Source: Opitutia bacterium (GTDB lineage Bacteria; Verrucomicrobiota; Verrucomicrobiia; Opitutales; Opitutaceae). Taken from it: a DNA stretch of 64,000 nt. Below the pieces are notes generated by a model, which was not told where the DNA came from, made no database searches, and was given only the letters and a program-made list of their open reading frames with translations. Below are positions 48,463 to 59,300 of the stretch, piece by piece. The stretch covers positions 1-64,000 of the forward strand of contig CANJVR010000004.1 of NCBI GenBank assembly GCA_947478395.1, written 5' to 3'. A program made the position numbers and the translations under genes. Position 1 is the first letter of the stretch; the number at the start of each line of letters is the position of its first letter.

Positions 48463-48987
48463 CTATTTCACGATCTCGACGGACGAAACGCGCATGACAA
48501 CCGTCTGAGTCGTCGTGCTGCCACGATCAGGCTGAAGCTGGAATTGCTGAATCCCAATGTAAGGCGACTGCTCTTGGATGGATTGGTAGAATTTCAGCAA
48601 GGGCAGCCACTCCGCCTTATTCAAACGCACTTCGTACGAATGTTCTCCCGGTTCGTCGCGCGCGTCGGTGATAGGGGGGTCTTTGAGCCCGGCGTCGCGG
48701 GCCAGCCGCTGCATCTCCGCCAGCAATCCGGTGCTGTTGAAAGTGCGTTCGGGAACCAGGTTTTCGGCGGCCTTGCGCTCGGCGGACTCGATGGCGGTCC
48801 GGTTTGTGAGCCACAGTTTCTGCTCGATCAGGGATTGGTTGGTGGCGTGCTGTTGTTGCCAGAATGCCCCGGCGCGGCGACCGAAGGACGAGAACCACAT
48901 CAACGCCGCGAGCACAGCGAAGCTGACGAGAAGTAATTTCTCGCGCAATAATCGGGAAAGAAAAAAGGCGCGTAGCGTGGTGATCAT
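48463..48987 (-). CDS. gspM: Type II secretion protein GspM-like
   Basis: SRLLREK.L then TM; last gene of the gspG-M run. Confidence 0.7.
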   Translation of the reverse strand: MITTLRAFFLSRLLREKLLLVSFAVLAALMWFSSFGRRAGAFWQQQHATNQSLIEQKLWLTNRTAIESAERKAAENLVPERTFNSTGLLAEMQRLARDAGLKDPPITDARDEPGEHSYEVRLNKAEWLPLLKFYQSIQEQSPYIGIQQFQLQPDRGSTTTQTVVMRVSSVEIVK

Positions 48988-50141
48988 GACTTGGGTGCTG
49001 GTTGTACCGCCCCCGGCTGGAAGGTAACGCTAAGGGTGAACGTCGTAGTGGTGGACCCAGGCTGCGCTGCTTGTTGACGACTAATTTCAGCATTGGCGAC
49101 TTGGGGCAGGGCCTTGATCGCGGTCACGAACGGATTGATTTCGCCGGCGTTTTCAGTTTTCGCCTCAACCGTGAGGCGGTCGCGATCCTTGGCGTCGGCC
49201 ACCGCCCGAGTGAACATGATACCGGACTTGAATTGCCGGGGCTCGATCAGGGATATCATTTCGAGGGGGAGTAATTTCTTCGTCGAAAGATCCTCGATCC
49301 GCGTCGTACGCGCTTTCGCCGCGATGATTTTATCGACCGTGGGCTTCTGGGCGTTGAACAGCGCCATCCGCGATTTTTGCCAGAAGCTCCGGCCGCCGAT
49401 TAGCGCGACTTCGCCGATGGCGAGCAGGACCAGCGCCGCGACGCAACCCAGCGCGACGCGCCAGAAAAGCACGTCGCGGGCGCGGGCCCGCCGGAGGGTG
49501 GTCAGCGCGGTTTTGTCACGGACATCGAGCGCGGCGGCGGTGCCAGTCGGAAGACGAGAAACGAAGTTGCCGGCGCGGAAAACGATGGTGCCGTCGTTGG
49601 TCGCGGGCTCGGCCGCGGGCTCAGCGATAAGATCGATCACGCGCGTACTGCCGCCCGTGAGCCGGATTAGATTTTCGCGGGCCCGCGCCCGATCGCCGTC
49701 GTCTGCTTCGGGCAGGAGTGGCTCGGTGCAGATCTGGGCCGAGCCGTCGGCCGCGGTATGCAGGGCCGTTAAACTTTCCGGGCGGGCGAGAATAAACGTG
49801 GAACCGGGCGCGCGTTCTCCGCCCAGCAGCGCGGCGAAAGATGGGAGCACCAGTTCCGCGTCGGCCCAAGCAGCGGTTTGCTCTGACGTGAAACGCCGGC
49901 GGTAGGAGGCGAACACGAGGGCGTGGGCCGATCCGGGCGCGTGATAAAATCCGTAATAAAGCTGCGCGAGCGGGAACGGCGCGATGGATTCGAGGGCGAG
50001 TTCGACCTGGGCCGCGACCTCAGCCGCAGCGGTGCCGGCGATGAGGGGAATGTTGCGCGAGAAAAAGAGCGCATCCGGCAGGAGGATGACTTTCGGCGAG
50101 GGCGGGCCGGCGCGGAGGAAATTCAGAGGAGAGGCGCTCAT
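48984..50141 (-). CDS. gspL: Type II secretion protein GspL-like
   Basis: Cytoplasmic actin-like N-terminus (ELALESIAPFPLAQLY), TM, PilN-like C-terminus; position. Confidence 0.7.
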   Translation of the reverse strand: MSASPLNFLRAGPPSPKVILLPDALFFSRNIPLIAGTAAAEVAAQVELALESIAPFPLAQLYYGFYHAPGSAHALVFASYRRRFTSEQTAAWADAELVLPSFAALLGGERAPGSTFILARPESLTALHTAADGSAQICTEPLLPEADDGDRARARENLIRLTGGSTRVIDLIAEPAAEPATNDGTIVFRAGNFVSRLPTGTAAALDVRDKTALTTLRRARARDVLFWRVALGCVAALVLLAIGEVALIGGRSFWQKSRMALFNAQKPTVDKIIAAKARTTRIEDLSTKKLLPLEMISLIEPRQFKSGIMFTRAVADAKDRDRLTVEAKTENAGEINPFVTAIKALPQVANAEISRQQAAQPGSTTTTFTLSVTFQPGAVQPAPKS

Positions 50142-50270
50142 GCGCGGGAGAGAAGAGGAAAAGGAAACGAACCGGGATCGAATCGGGAAATTAACGAGGC
50201 GGAAATGGAAATCGTGAATGAGGGGTCCGGAAAAGCGTGCGGAAATCGGAGGCGGCGCGGGTCTCGCCTG

Positions 50271-51416
50271 CTATTTTGGGCGTGCGCGAGCGAGGGGTTC
50301 GTTTTCGGAAATTTCGAGGATGGTGAACGGATAGTTGAGTTTTTTCGCGGCCGGGCCGGAGGCGGCCGACGAGGTCGCGTTCGCCTGCACCGTCGCCGCG
50401 CCGCCGCCTTGGGGCGATACGACCACGTTGAGCCGAAATTCCGAGCGACCCTCGTGCACGGTGAGGCGGATGCGCAGGGCGCTGATGGTCGCGCCGAACG
50501 CTTCGGCGTGCCCGGCGGTCCCTAGATATTTCTGGGCCTCGGCGGCGGAGGTAAACCACGCGGGACCGTTGCGCGCGTAAAGGCCGGTGCCAGCGGTGTA
50601 GTCGTTGAGCAGCTTTTGCTGCGCGTCGTCGAATTCCCCGATCGCGGTCAGCGCGTCGGGCTGGGCGCCGTTGATGTTGGTTTGGCGAAAATTAAAAAGG
50701 GAAAACGCCTCGATAAACTTCCGGTGCAGTTCGTTCGGCCGGCCGTTTTCATCGAAGAACGCGGTACGGGCAACATCGATGGCGGCCAGTTCGCTGAAGG
50801 AGCGCAGCGAGCGTTGCGGTGAAACGTACGGCAACGCCGAATGCTCGTAGTCCGGCGGTGAGACGCTCGCATAAATGTGATCCTTTTTGATCCAGCCGAG
50901 CAGGGCGTCGGTCAGTTTTTCAGCGTCGTTGGGGCTCATGGCCCAGGCGACGAAAAGATGCTGGAGCTGGCTGGCGTTGACCTGCGGCAGGGAGATTTTT
51001 CCGCTCTCGTCTTCAAGGACGAGCTCGACGGTGCGGCCTTCAGATGGCGTGTAGGCGGCGAAACCCAGCGGGTCGCTCCATCCTTCAGCGGGGCTGTGCA
51101 GGCCCTGGCTCGCGATGCGAAATTGCTCCAGGACGGCGAGCGTGGTGTGCAGCGCGGAGTAGGCTTCCTGCCGCAGCCGGGTCGCATTTGCTTCGCGCGC
51201 TTCGACGATCAAGTCGTTGCCGGCTTTTTCGATGAACGCAGTCAGGGCGAGTGCGGTGAAGATCAACGTGACCATGATGATCACGAGGATCGAGCCACGC
51301 GCAGCGGGGCTCGGTTCCGAGTTCCGGGTTCGGAGTTCCCAGTTTGCGAACATAGCCACGCGACCGGTCCGGGACCGGATAACTCGAAACTCAGAACTCG
51401 GAACCCGGAGCTTCAT
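50271..51416 (-). CDS. gspK: Minor pseudopilin GspK
   Basis: RGSILVII, EDESGKISL, L.DALL.W, LRSFSEL, NINGA. Confidence 0.85.
   Translation of the reverse strand: MKLRVPSSEFRVIRSRTGRVAMFANWELRTRNSEPSPAARGSILVIIMVTLIFTALALTAFIEKAGNDLIVEAREANATRLRQEAYSALHTTLAVLEQFRIASQGLHSPAEGWSDPLGFAAYTPSEGRTVELVLEDESGKISLPQVNASQLQHLFVAWAMSPNDAEKLTDALLGWIKKDHIYASVSPPDYEHSALPYVSPQRSLRSFSELAAIDVARTAFFDENGRPNELHRKFIEAFSLFNFRQTNINGAQPDALTAIGEFDDAQQKLLNDYTAGTGLYARNGPAWFTSAAEAQKYLGTAGHAEAFGATISALRIRLTVHEGRSEFRLNVVVSPQGGGAATVQANATSSAASGPAAKKLNYPFTILEISENEPLARARPK
51313..51412. repeat. Heptamer-repeat inverted repeat inside the gspK leader
   Basis: Left arm ggttccg-agttccg-ggttcgg-agttccc-agtt; right arm aactcga-aactcag-aactcgg-aacccgg-agct; inner ccggtcc/ggaccgg hairpin. 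Confidence 0.75.
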
Positions 51417-51423
51417 AGATCGT

Positions 51424-52089
51424 CTAGAAATTCGGCACGCCCTCCGGCGTGGAGAGGAGCGTGATAATGGTATCCCGCGTCATCTTGTCATAGGTGAACT
51501 TCAAGCGAAGGCGCTGCGGCGTCGTGGGCTGGCCGGAGTTGTCCCTCTTCAACGTGGTCTCGGTGCTCCAGCGGTTGAGGTTTTCGTCGTAGTAGTCGTA
51601 GGCCAGGGCAGTGACGAGTGGGCTGATGACGATTTCCCGCGGAGGATCATTCTCGAAGCGGGTCTCGAGGCGGGAATGCCAGAGCAGGAGCAAACCCTCA
51701 CCGTCGCGAACTTGGAGTGAACACACCACTTCGGGTAACGGCCGGTCGGGCCACACCATCAGGCGTGAGCCGGCGGGAAGCTCGAACGTGAGCAGGTGGT
51801 CGCTCGCGCCGCCGCCGGGGCGGATTTCCTGCGGAGTGATTGGCGTCGCATTGGTCTGCGCTGAAGGCGGGAGGGCCGCCGCGCGGAGTTCGCGTTCGAG
51901 AAACCGGGTCACGGTTCTCGTGTGCAGGTCGAAGAGACGCACATCGCTGTTGCGGCCCCACAGTTCGCCCATCGAAAAAACGAATTCGTTAAGCGCGATC
52001 AGCATGGCGCCGACGATCGCGAGCGAGATGAGGACTTCGACGAGCGTGAAACCCCGACGGGCGCGAAAAGGGGAGGAGAGGGGCTTCAT
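51424..52089 (-). CDS. gspJ: Minor pseudopilin GspJ
   Basis: RRGFTLVEVLISLAI; order H-I-J-K. Confidence 0.82.
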   Translation of the reverse strand: MKPLSSPFRARRGFTLVEVLISLAIVGAMLIALNEFVFSMGELWGRNSDVRLFDLHTRTVTRFLERELRAAALPPSAQTNATPITPQEIRPGGGASDHLLTFELPAGSRLMVWPDRPLPEVVCSLQVRDGEGLLLLWHSRLETRFENDPPREIVISPLVTALAYDYYDENLNRWSTETTLKRDNSGQPTTPQRLRLKFTYDKMTRDTIITLLSTPEGVPNF

Positions 52090-52099
52090 CCAAAAAAGA

Positions 52100-52552
52100 T
52101 TATTTTTTTGTCCCCTGAATTTCCGCGATCCGGTCCCGAATCGTCTGCTTGATCGTGCCGTTTTCCACGGCCTCGGCCCATGTGGGGCGCAGAACCGTAA
52201 ACGTTTGAGTGACCTTCGGGTCGTTGCCGTTCTTTCCGGAATCGGTGATCTCGCAGACGAAGGTAACGGTGAAGAGATCGGGCAGGTTGGTGGCGGCGAT
52301 GGTCGAGCTCCAGCGCACGTGCCGTTTGTCCGGCGGGTCGAAATCAGCGCCGGTTTCGGCCTTGGTGCGATCCGGCTCGGCGAGTAATTGGGCGCGGGCG
52401 AACGTGAGATCCGCGTCGCGCTGATTCGCCCGTTCGGCTGCTTGGTACGCGTTGAGGATATTGAGGTATGCGCTCGCGAGGACTAGCGACGAAAGCGCGA
52501 AAATCATCAGCGCGACCAGCACCTCGATCAGCGTGAAACCGGAGCGGCGCAT
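52100..52552 (-). CDS. gspI: Minor pseudopilin GspI
   Basis: SGFTLIEVLVALMIFA. Confidence 0.82.
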   Translation of the reverse strand: MRRSGFTLIEVLVALMIFALSSLVLASAYLNILNAYQAAERANQRDADLTFARAQLLAEPDRTKAETGADFDPPDKRHVRWSSTIAATNLPDLFTVTFVCEITDSGKNGNDPKVTQTFTVLRPTWAEAVENGTIKQTIRDRIAEIQGTKK

Positions 52553-52553
52553 A

Positions 52554-53069
52554 TTATGGTTTCGCCGGGAGAACCGCCGCACAGGTCCAGGGATCGATCG
52601 CGAGGATTTGGGTCCCGCCGTTGGTTCGGATTTGAACGCGGAAAGGCGTGCAAGTGCCGTCGTCGTAAAACGTCACCCCCCCGCGAAGCGGCTGCGTGTC
52701 GTTCACACCGCCAAACCCCGACGTGCCCGCGCCCTTTTGCGTGGAGAAAAAATCCACCGTGGCATCGCCGCCTGCGATGGCGGCGATGGGAAAGGCGCGA
52801 GGCGCAACGCCGTCGTCGACGATTAGCGCCTGCTCCTTCGAATCGAAGCGGAGTTGGATTTCATGCGTCGCTTCCAATGCGGTTTTGCGGGCGGCTTGCA
52901 CCGCTTTCCAAAATACTTCTTCGGGCGAAGGCGTTTTTGGCGCGAGGAGCGAAGTCGTTCCGCCGATGACCAAGCCCGCGAGCAATGCGATGATGGCGAG
53001 GACGACCAAGATTTCGATCAATGTGAAGCCGGGCGCGCGGGTGGCCGTGATGCGCTGCGGATGACTCAT
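52554..53069 (-). CDS. gspH: Minor pseudopilin GspH
   Basis: GFTLIEILVVLAII, AR..A, VTFYDDG, IDPWT; frame is open upstream to GTG 53237. Confidence 0.8.
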   Translation of the reverse strand: MSHPQRITATRAPGFTLIEILVVLAIIALLAGLVIGGTTSLLAPKTPSPEEVFWKAVQAARKTALEATHEIQLRFDSKEQALIVDDGVAPRAFPIAAIAGGDATVDFFSTQKGAGTSGFGGVNDTQPLRGGVTFYDDGTCTPFRVQIRTNGGTQILAIDPWTCAAVLPAKP

Positions 53070-53233
53070 GGGCCGTGGGCTGGTCGATGGAGGTGGGTGG
53101 TCCACTCCCCGCTGAGACGGAGCTGGTCGAACGACATTTTGCGGGGTGAGGGCGCCGCGCCCACCATGGTCGTTGGCGGCATCAGCGAAAGCAGCGTGCG
53201 CCACCTTAGCTTTTCCGCCAGCCCGCTCATGGT

Positions 53234-53722
53234 TCACTTTGGCGCGTTGAGAGCGGCGGGCGGAGCCCAGTTGCCGATGTCGTCTTCGTTGCCGTCGATT
53301 TTATCCGGACCCTTTGAATAGAGATCGTAATTGGATTTATTCTTCGTGCCCGGGTAGCGGTATTGATACGGCTCGCCCCAAGGATCCAGGATCGGGACCT
53401 GCGTTGTTTCTTTGATGTAGGGTCCGCGCCAATTCGGTTTGTTGGCCGGCGCTACGACCAGTGCCGCTATGCCTTCGACGGTGGACGGGTAATCGCCATT
53501 GGCGATTTTGTAGGTGAGCAGGCTGGTGCTCATGCTTTGGTTCACGAAGATTTCCGCGGTCTTGATCTTCGCGCCGCCGAAAAGGCTGTCGATGTTAGCG
53601 ACGGTCAGACCGAAGAGCAGACCGATGATCGCGAGGACGACGAGGATTTCGATCAGGGTGAATCCAGCGGATCGAGGGCGCGGCCGGACGAAGGGACGAT
53701 GGGACGGAGCGAAGAGTCGCAT
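53234..53722 (-). CDS. gspG: Major pseudopilin GspG
   Basis: GFTLIEILVVL, YPST.EG..AL, NWRGPY, DPWGEPYQY.YPG, S.GPD..DG.EDDIGNW. Confidence 0.95.
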   Translation of the reverse strand: MRLFAPSHRPFVRPRPRSAGFTLIEILVVLAIIGLLFGLTVANIDSLFGGAKIKTAEIFVNQSMSTSLLTYKIANGDYPSTVEGIAALVVAPANKPNWRGPYIKETTQVPILDPWGEPYQYRYPGTKNKSNYDLYSKGPDKIDGNEDDIGNWAPPAALNAPK

Positions 53723-53935
53723 GGTGGTGAGAGAGTTGGTGATGCGGAGGGACGTTGTCGAGACACACGCGGGACGATGGCGGGCGGGAAAGCTGAGAGG
53801 GTGGCTTAAATTTATCGAATCCGAACTTCGGAGTAGCGGAACGGCGGAGCGTTGCGGAAAACGCCCTCGCAAGACCTATGGCTTCCGTTGGGCCGATCGC
53901 CTTTGGATTCGGCTTCGGCGGCATGGGAGATCTTC

Positions 53936-53994
53936 AACCCCGGATTTCGCAGATGCCATGGATGGCAATTCTCTGATCGGTGAAATCCGTGGTT
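53936..53994. repeat. Palindromic REP-like element (accacggatttc-type)
   Basis: aaccccggatttcgcagat ... atcggtgaaatccgtggtt, an imperfect 19-bp inverted repeat. Confidence 0.65.
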
Positions 53995-54163
53995 ATAGGA
54001 AAAAACGTTTCGAGCGACAGGTGAGAAAGGTCGGCGGGGAGCGGGAGAAAGCGGTTAATCTGAATAAAAATATCCGGTGGTTGCGCGACCAGTCCGCCGG
54101 CGCAGGGCAACCTCTCGCAAGCGAGGGGACCAACTAGCGGATACCAACACGACAATGTTCCGG

Positions 54164-54724
54164 CTACGGGGGAGTCAGCAACGAGTCGTCTTGAGTTCCG
54201 AATTTCCTATCGGGTCCCGCGGAACGCAGTTCCATGCGGTCGCTGGCTAAGGCGTGAAACCGGAAGGGTGTGCCCCAGCGGTCGCAGAGTTCGCCGGCGG
54301 CATTGATCGCGGGATGATCGCGCGGGATGAGCGGCAGGCGCAGCGGATTGTTGCCCGTGAGGGCGGCCGTGATCTCGGTGTTTTCGCCCCAAGGGTTACC
54401 CAAGCGGGGAAAGTCCAGCCGCCAGCTGATGAACACGTCATTAAGCATCTGCAAATCGCGGCCGATGCTGCCGGCAGGAGCGTTGAGTTCGGCCGCGAGT
54501 GAAACGGGAATTTCTGCCGGACCTGGGTCTGCGGTCGGCGGCAGATTTTCGGGTTGGGTTTTGACCGTGGCGCGGTCGGCGGCGGTGGACGACGCCGGGA
54601 ACTGCGGCGGGTTGGAAGTGGGCTGATTTGATTCAGCCGTGATGGGTTTATGGGGCCAGAGCCACCAAGCGATCAGCGCAAGACCAAGCGGGAGAACGAG
54701 GACGAAGATTCGACGGAAATTCAT
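54164..54724 (-). CDS. Membrane-anchored protein with GspG-like C-terminal motif
   Basis: N-terminal TM without GFTLxE; DRWGTPF...RSAGPDRKFGTQDD. Confidence 0.7.
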   Translation of the reverse strand: MNFRRIFVLVLPLGLALIAWWLWPHKPITAESNQPTSNPPQFPASSTAADRATVKTQPENLPPTADPGPAEIPVSLAAELNAPAGSIGRDLQMLNDVFISWRLDFPRLGNPWGENTEITAALTGNNPLRLPLIPRDHPAINAAGELCDRWGTPFRFHALASDRMELRSAGPDRKFGTQDDSLLTPP

Positions 54725-54815
54725 ACAGAGGTAAACCGCAACGCGCGGACGCAGCGGGCCTGGTTGCGCTGCTATCTCGTGAACTGGAGGAAAGCGCGGC
54801 GCCTTCGCTGACGGG

Positions 54816-56294
54816 TCAAAGGAAGGCGACGTTGGCGCGCGCGAAACGTCCGATGTTGGGCAGGATTACGGGGAGATTGGTGGCGCTGACGCCGAACCAA
54901 CTCGCGAGGGTCGCGCTGTACTCATCGACACTCGTCGTGGGAATCCAGTTACCGCGAGTGCCGGAGTCATCGGGGCCGCTGCGGGTGAGGTTAGGCATCG
55001 CGCCATAGATGTCGCCGCCTTTAACCGCACCGCCGACGATCATGTGGTGGGAGCCCCAGCCGTGGTCGGAGCCGTCGCCGTTGGTGTTGTAGGTCCGGCC
55101 GAAGTCGGAGGCCGTGAACGTCGTGACTTGATTGGCGACGCCCATGTACGCCGTGGCGTCGTAAAAAGCGGCGAGGCTGCGCGAGACGTCGGCAATCAGG
55201 TTGGCGTGGGTACCGGTGGCGGTAGCGCCGGCGGTAACCTGCTGATCGTGCAAATCCCAGCCGCCCACGCGGGCGAAAAAGATCTGCCGATTGAGCCCGA
55301 GCGTCGGGCCGGCGGCGATAAGGCGCGCGATGGTTTTGAGTTGCTGGCCGAGGCTGGTGTTGGGGAAAGCCGTGGTGAAAGGAAGCGTGGCGTTGGCAGC
55401 GAGGACATTGGCCAGCAGTGCGCTGTCGGCGATGGCGTTGGCGGTGAGGCCGCCGAAAGCGGTTTCAAACAGATTGTTGTTTTGCGCGGCGAGGAGATCG
55501 TTTTGCGCTTTAGTGCGGATGCTTTGGAAACTGGTCCCAGTCGGCGTGGCGGAACCGCTGAGGGCGATCGCGCCGTTGGTGCTGACGGAATATTGCGCGA
55601 CGTTCCGGCCCACCTGGAACGAGTTTTGTCCGTTCAGCGTGATGGACATCGAAATCGAGTTATTCTTATTAAGGGTATCGGTGAGGTCCGCCATGCGGCC
55701 GCCCCAGCCGGTGCTGAATCCTTTGTCCGCGATGCTTGCCTGCCATTCGACCTGCTGGTCATTGTGCGAAAATAGCGACAGCGGCAGTGGAACCGAACGG
55801 GCGCTGTACTGGGCCTTGGTCGTGGGGACGGCGAGGGAGCCGACGTTGGCCAGTAGCGCCATCTTGCCGGAATCGAAGAGCGATTTCAGGCCGGTGGTGT
55901 TGGTGCCGGCGACGTCTGCGTTCAGGCTGGGATGCAAGCCCCAAGCCCGGCCGTCGGAGGTTTTTGGGTTGAGGCCGAGGAGGGCGCTTTGTGGCAGGGC
56001 GAGCGCGCCGCGTCCACCGGTGACCGAAGAATAATTGGCGTAGCCGGTCGTGTCGTTGGGGATGATGAAATTGTTGGCGTCGTTGCCGCCGGAGAGAAAC
56101 AGGCAAACGAGCGCCTTGTAGTCGGGGGCGGTGGCCCCCGACGCTGTGACGGTTTTGGTGTCGGCGCTCGCAATCGCGCCGGTGAGGCGGAGTTGGGCGA
56201 GGGTGGACAGCATCCCCGTGGAACCGACGGCGGCGCAGCAGGAACCGATGAATTTCCGGCGGGAAAGATCTTCAGAGGGGTTTTTTGGATTCAT
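54816..56294 (-). CDS. DUF1501-family Tat-exported protein
   Basis: SRRKF Tat motif, DYKALVCLFL.GGND, GLHP, LFSHNDQ, GGWDLH, SDFGRT, GSDHGWG. Confidence 0.9.
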   Translation of the reverse strand: MNPKNPSEDLSRRKFIGSCCAAVGSTGMLSTLAQLRLTGAIASADTKTVTASGATAPDYKALVCLFLSGGNDANNFIIPNDTTGYANYSSVTGGRGALALPQSALLGLNPKTSDGRAWGLHPSLNADVAGTNTTGLKSLFDSGKMALLANVGSLAVPTTKAQYSARSVPLPLSLFSHNDQQVEWQASIADKGFSTGWGGRMADLTDTLNKNNSISMSITLNGQNSFQVGRNVAQYSVSTNGAIALSGSATPTGTSFQSIRTKAQNDLLAAQNNNLFETAFGGLTANAIADSALLANVLAANATLPFTTAFPNTSLGQQLKTIARLIAAGPTLGLNRQIFFARVGGWDLHDQQVTAGATATGTHANLIADVSRSLAAFYDATAYMGVANQVTTFTASDFGRTYNTNGDGSDHGWGSHHMIVGGAVKGGDIYGAMPNLTRSGPDDSGTRGNWIPTTSVDEYSATLASWFGVSATNLPVILPNIGRFARANVAFL

Positions 56295-56351
56295 GGCGGA
56301 CGGGGTGCGGGATTTTTGAGTTAAGTTGCGCGATGCTCGATTTCGGCGGTC

Positions 56352-59300
56352 TTATTTTTGAATCGATCCTTCGGGCGAGCTGACGGTTAGGTAGATCGCG
56401 GAACGGATCCGATCGGTGTCGCTTGTCGAGGTCGGCATCGCATTCAAGGCGGTGACGATCCTGGTGATCATTGAGGGGGGCATGCTGCTGCCGCTGAGTA
56501 CGAGATTCATGTAGTCGGTGAGACCCTGGGAGTTTTTCGCGATCGGTAGTACCGCCGTATAGTCGAGTCCGACGGTGGTCGCATTGCGGACGCGATTGAT
56601 GAGCGAATCGTAGAGGTAGTTCGGGATCGTGATGGCGCTCGTGTCGGTGAGGATTTGGAATTCTGGCGCGTAGAGGCCGGCCGCCGCGATGGCACCGGGG
56701 TAGACGTAGCCGGGTTCGAAGAAATTAAACACGGTCGGCGCGCGGCCGGCGGTCTGGAATAAATTGGCGTCGGTCGTGCTCAACGTGAAGCGACCGGAGT
56801 CGCTATTACCGGCGAAGGCCCGCAAGAGCGCGGTGGCGCGCAGCAACGGCTCCTTGGCCTTGCCGTAACTCGGGCTGTTGACGAAGGCGGGGGAGCGGGC
56901 CTCGTAGTCGAGGAGAATGGCGCGGACGACGGCGCCGAGATCGCCGCGGACGTTGGCGCCGTTGTTCGCGAAAACTTGGGCGACGCGGTAAACGTAGCCG
57001 GGGCTCGGATTACTCGTGACGAGCCGCTGAATCAGTTCCTTGGATATGAACGGGCCGGTGTTCGGATGATTGAAAAGTGTGTCGAGCGTATCCTTCAGAT
57101 CTTTCACCCCGCCCTGCGCTGCCGGCAGGATTTTACCGCCGACAATCGTTTTCGTCGCGTCATCATGGAACGCGGGAAAAAGCGTCATCGGGTTGATGTA
57201 ATTTTCACTGATGCCCCCGCCGCCGCGGAAAGATGAGTTGGTCGGCTGATAGTAACCCCATCCGGTAAAAACCTTCGCGGTTTCGACGATGGTTTGCTGG
57301 GTGTAAGTCGGAATGGGCTGACCGTTGGGATCCAGCTTCAACGTACCGTCAGGCTGGAGCTCGTTGAGCCCGATGGTGAAAAGCTGCATGATTTCACGCG
57401 CATAGTTTTCGTCGGCTTGCGTGAGTTGGATACCCTTGCTGTCGAAGGTGGCTTTGCCGTTGCGCAGCGCGCTGAGATAAATGCCCATGTTCGGGCTAAG
57501 CGTTACGTTCTCCAGCAGGTCGCGGAAATTACCGAAGGCGCCGCTGACCAAAAGATCGTAGTAAACGGTATGGCCGTCTTCCCAATTGGCGATGGTGCTG
57601 TTTTGGTCTGATGTGACGAGGATTTCGCTCAGCGCGAAGGCGACGCGCTGACGCAGCTGATCGGGCGCCGTGGTCGCAAGCTTCCACCACGCGTGCGTGC
57701 GGTTGTTCACGCTGATTCGGGTATTGGGTGCGCCGGTCGTCGGGGAGCCGGTACCGGTGGAATTGTTCGCCACGAAATCCGCGCTGGCCTCCGCAAAATG
57801 AAGCGAGGCGGGGAGTGCCATCTGTTCGTTGATCCAGTTCGAGTAGCCTTTGGCCGGAAGGGCCACGATCTCATCGCCTCGTGGGCCGAAGGTGGCCTGA
57901 GTGAGGAAACGCGCCGCGTCGGGGGCGGAGATTTTCGCGAGGTTGATGGCGGGCGCTGCCGCCGGCGCATTGAACGCGGCCGAGCCGGAGCTCTTCAGAT
58001 AACTGCCGGTGAGTTCGCCCGTCGGGAAGCTGGCGGTATCGATGCTGATCGTGACGCGACCAGCTTTGAGCGCAGCGATCAGATCGGCTTTGGTGTAGAT
58101 TCCGACCGGCGAAAAATCCCACGGCGCGTTGCCCACCTGTCCTTGCGGCAGGGTGAAGACGTAGTTGCCGTCAATCGCGAGATGCGCGACAACCTCCGGC
58201 GAACTCAAATTAGTGAACGCAACGTTCACCAAGGCCGAGTTTCCGTCGGCGCTCAACTGGATGGTGCCAGTGCCGTAAGCCGTGGATCCACTGACCGACC
58301 CGGGTGTCCGGAGATTGGAAACGTAAAGCGAGCCCGAGTTGTAGAAGATGGCGACGCTGGCGTTGTCATTGGCGCCGACACCGTAGGAGTTGTTGGGAAC
58401 GAGGGTGAGCGTGGCGGTGCGGTTATTCAGATTCAGTGCGTTGGACTTTGGGACCAAGGTCACGGTGGCCGTGCTTACACCGGCGGGAAAAGAAACCACG
58501 CCGGTCAGCGGTTGATAGTCCGTGCCGGAAACGGCGGTGCCTCCGACGGTATAACTTACATTGATCGCCGACGAATTATTGCCGACGCGCGTAAACGTGA
58601 AAACGCCGGGAGCAGAACCTTGAGTGTCGGTGGCCGCGACGGAAGCGGTAACGCTCACCGTGGACAGAGTCTCAGAGGTCAGATCGTAGACCTCGACGAG
58701 TGCCACACCGCCGACACCGCCGACGCCTGCGACTTGGATCGTGTAAGCGCCCGGGTTGAGGTCGATCACCATGGCGTCGTCCTTCGAGCCCGTGGGAAAA
58801 GGGAAGGCGCCCGCTTGCGTGGTGGCGGCCGTGATTACGCCCCCGGTATTGGCAAGGTCCCAGTCCCGGCTGGAGCCATTGGCGATGATCGTAGTGCCGC
58901 TATAAATCGAGAATACCGGATCGTTGATGGCGTTCGGCACGCCGAACGCGGTCAAGGCTGGTCCGGCAGCGCGGATAAGTAAGTGGCGCGGACCGCCTCC
59001 GGTCGCAATGACGAGTCCGGAAATAAGTACGCCGCCGGCAACGCTGGGACCGCCCGGATTGATCACCGCGCGCGTGGAGAGATTCAACAGGCGGGCCGAG
59101 CCGCTGATGTCGTAGACTTCGAGGAGGCCGACGCCGACGGTATTGTTTACGCCGCTGACCTGGGCCGTGTATGCCCCGGGCGATAGCGTCGCGACCAAGG
59201 CGGAGTCGTTGCCCGAAATCGCGAACGCCCCTACGGCGGTAGTGGCGGCCGCCAGCGCCGTATCGGTCGTGTCCCAGTTGTCGCTCTGCAGTACCAGTTG

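Noticed and set aside
57693..58982. Long + strand ORFs opposite the DUF1800 and Ig genes (also 41262-42614, 46007-47005)
   Set aside because: Antisense frames typical of high-GC coding DNA; no recognisable motifs
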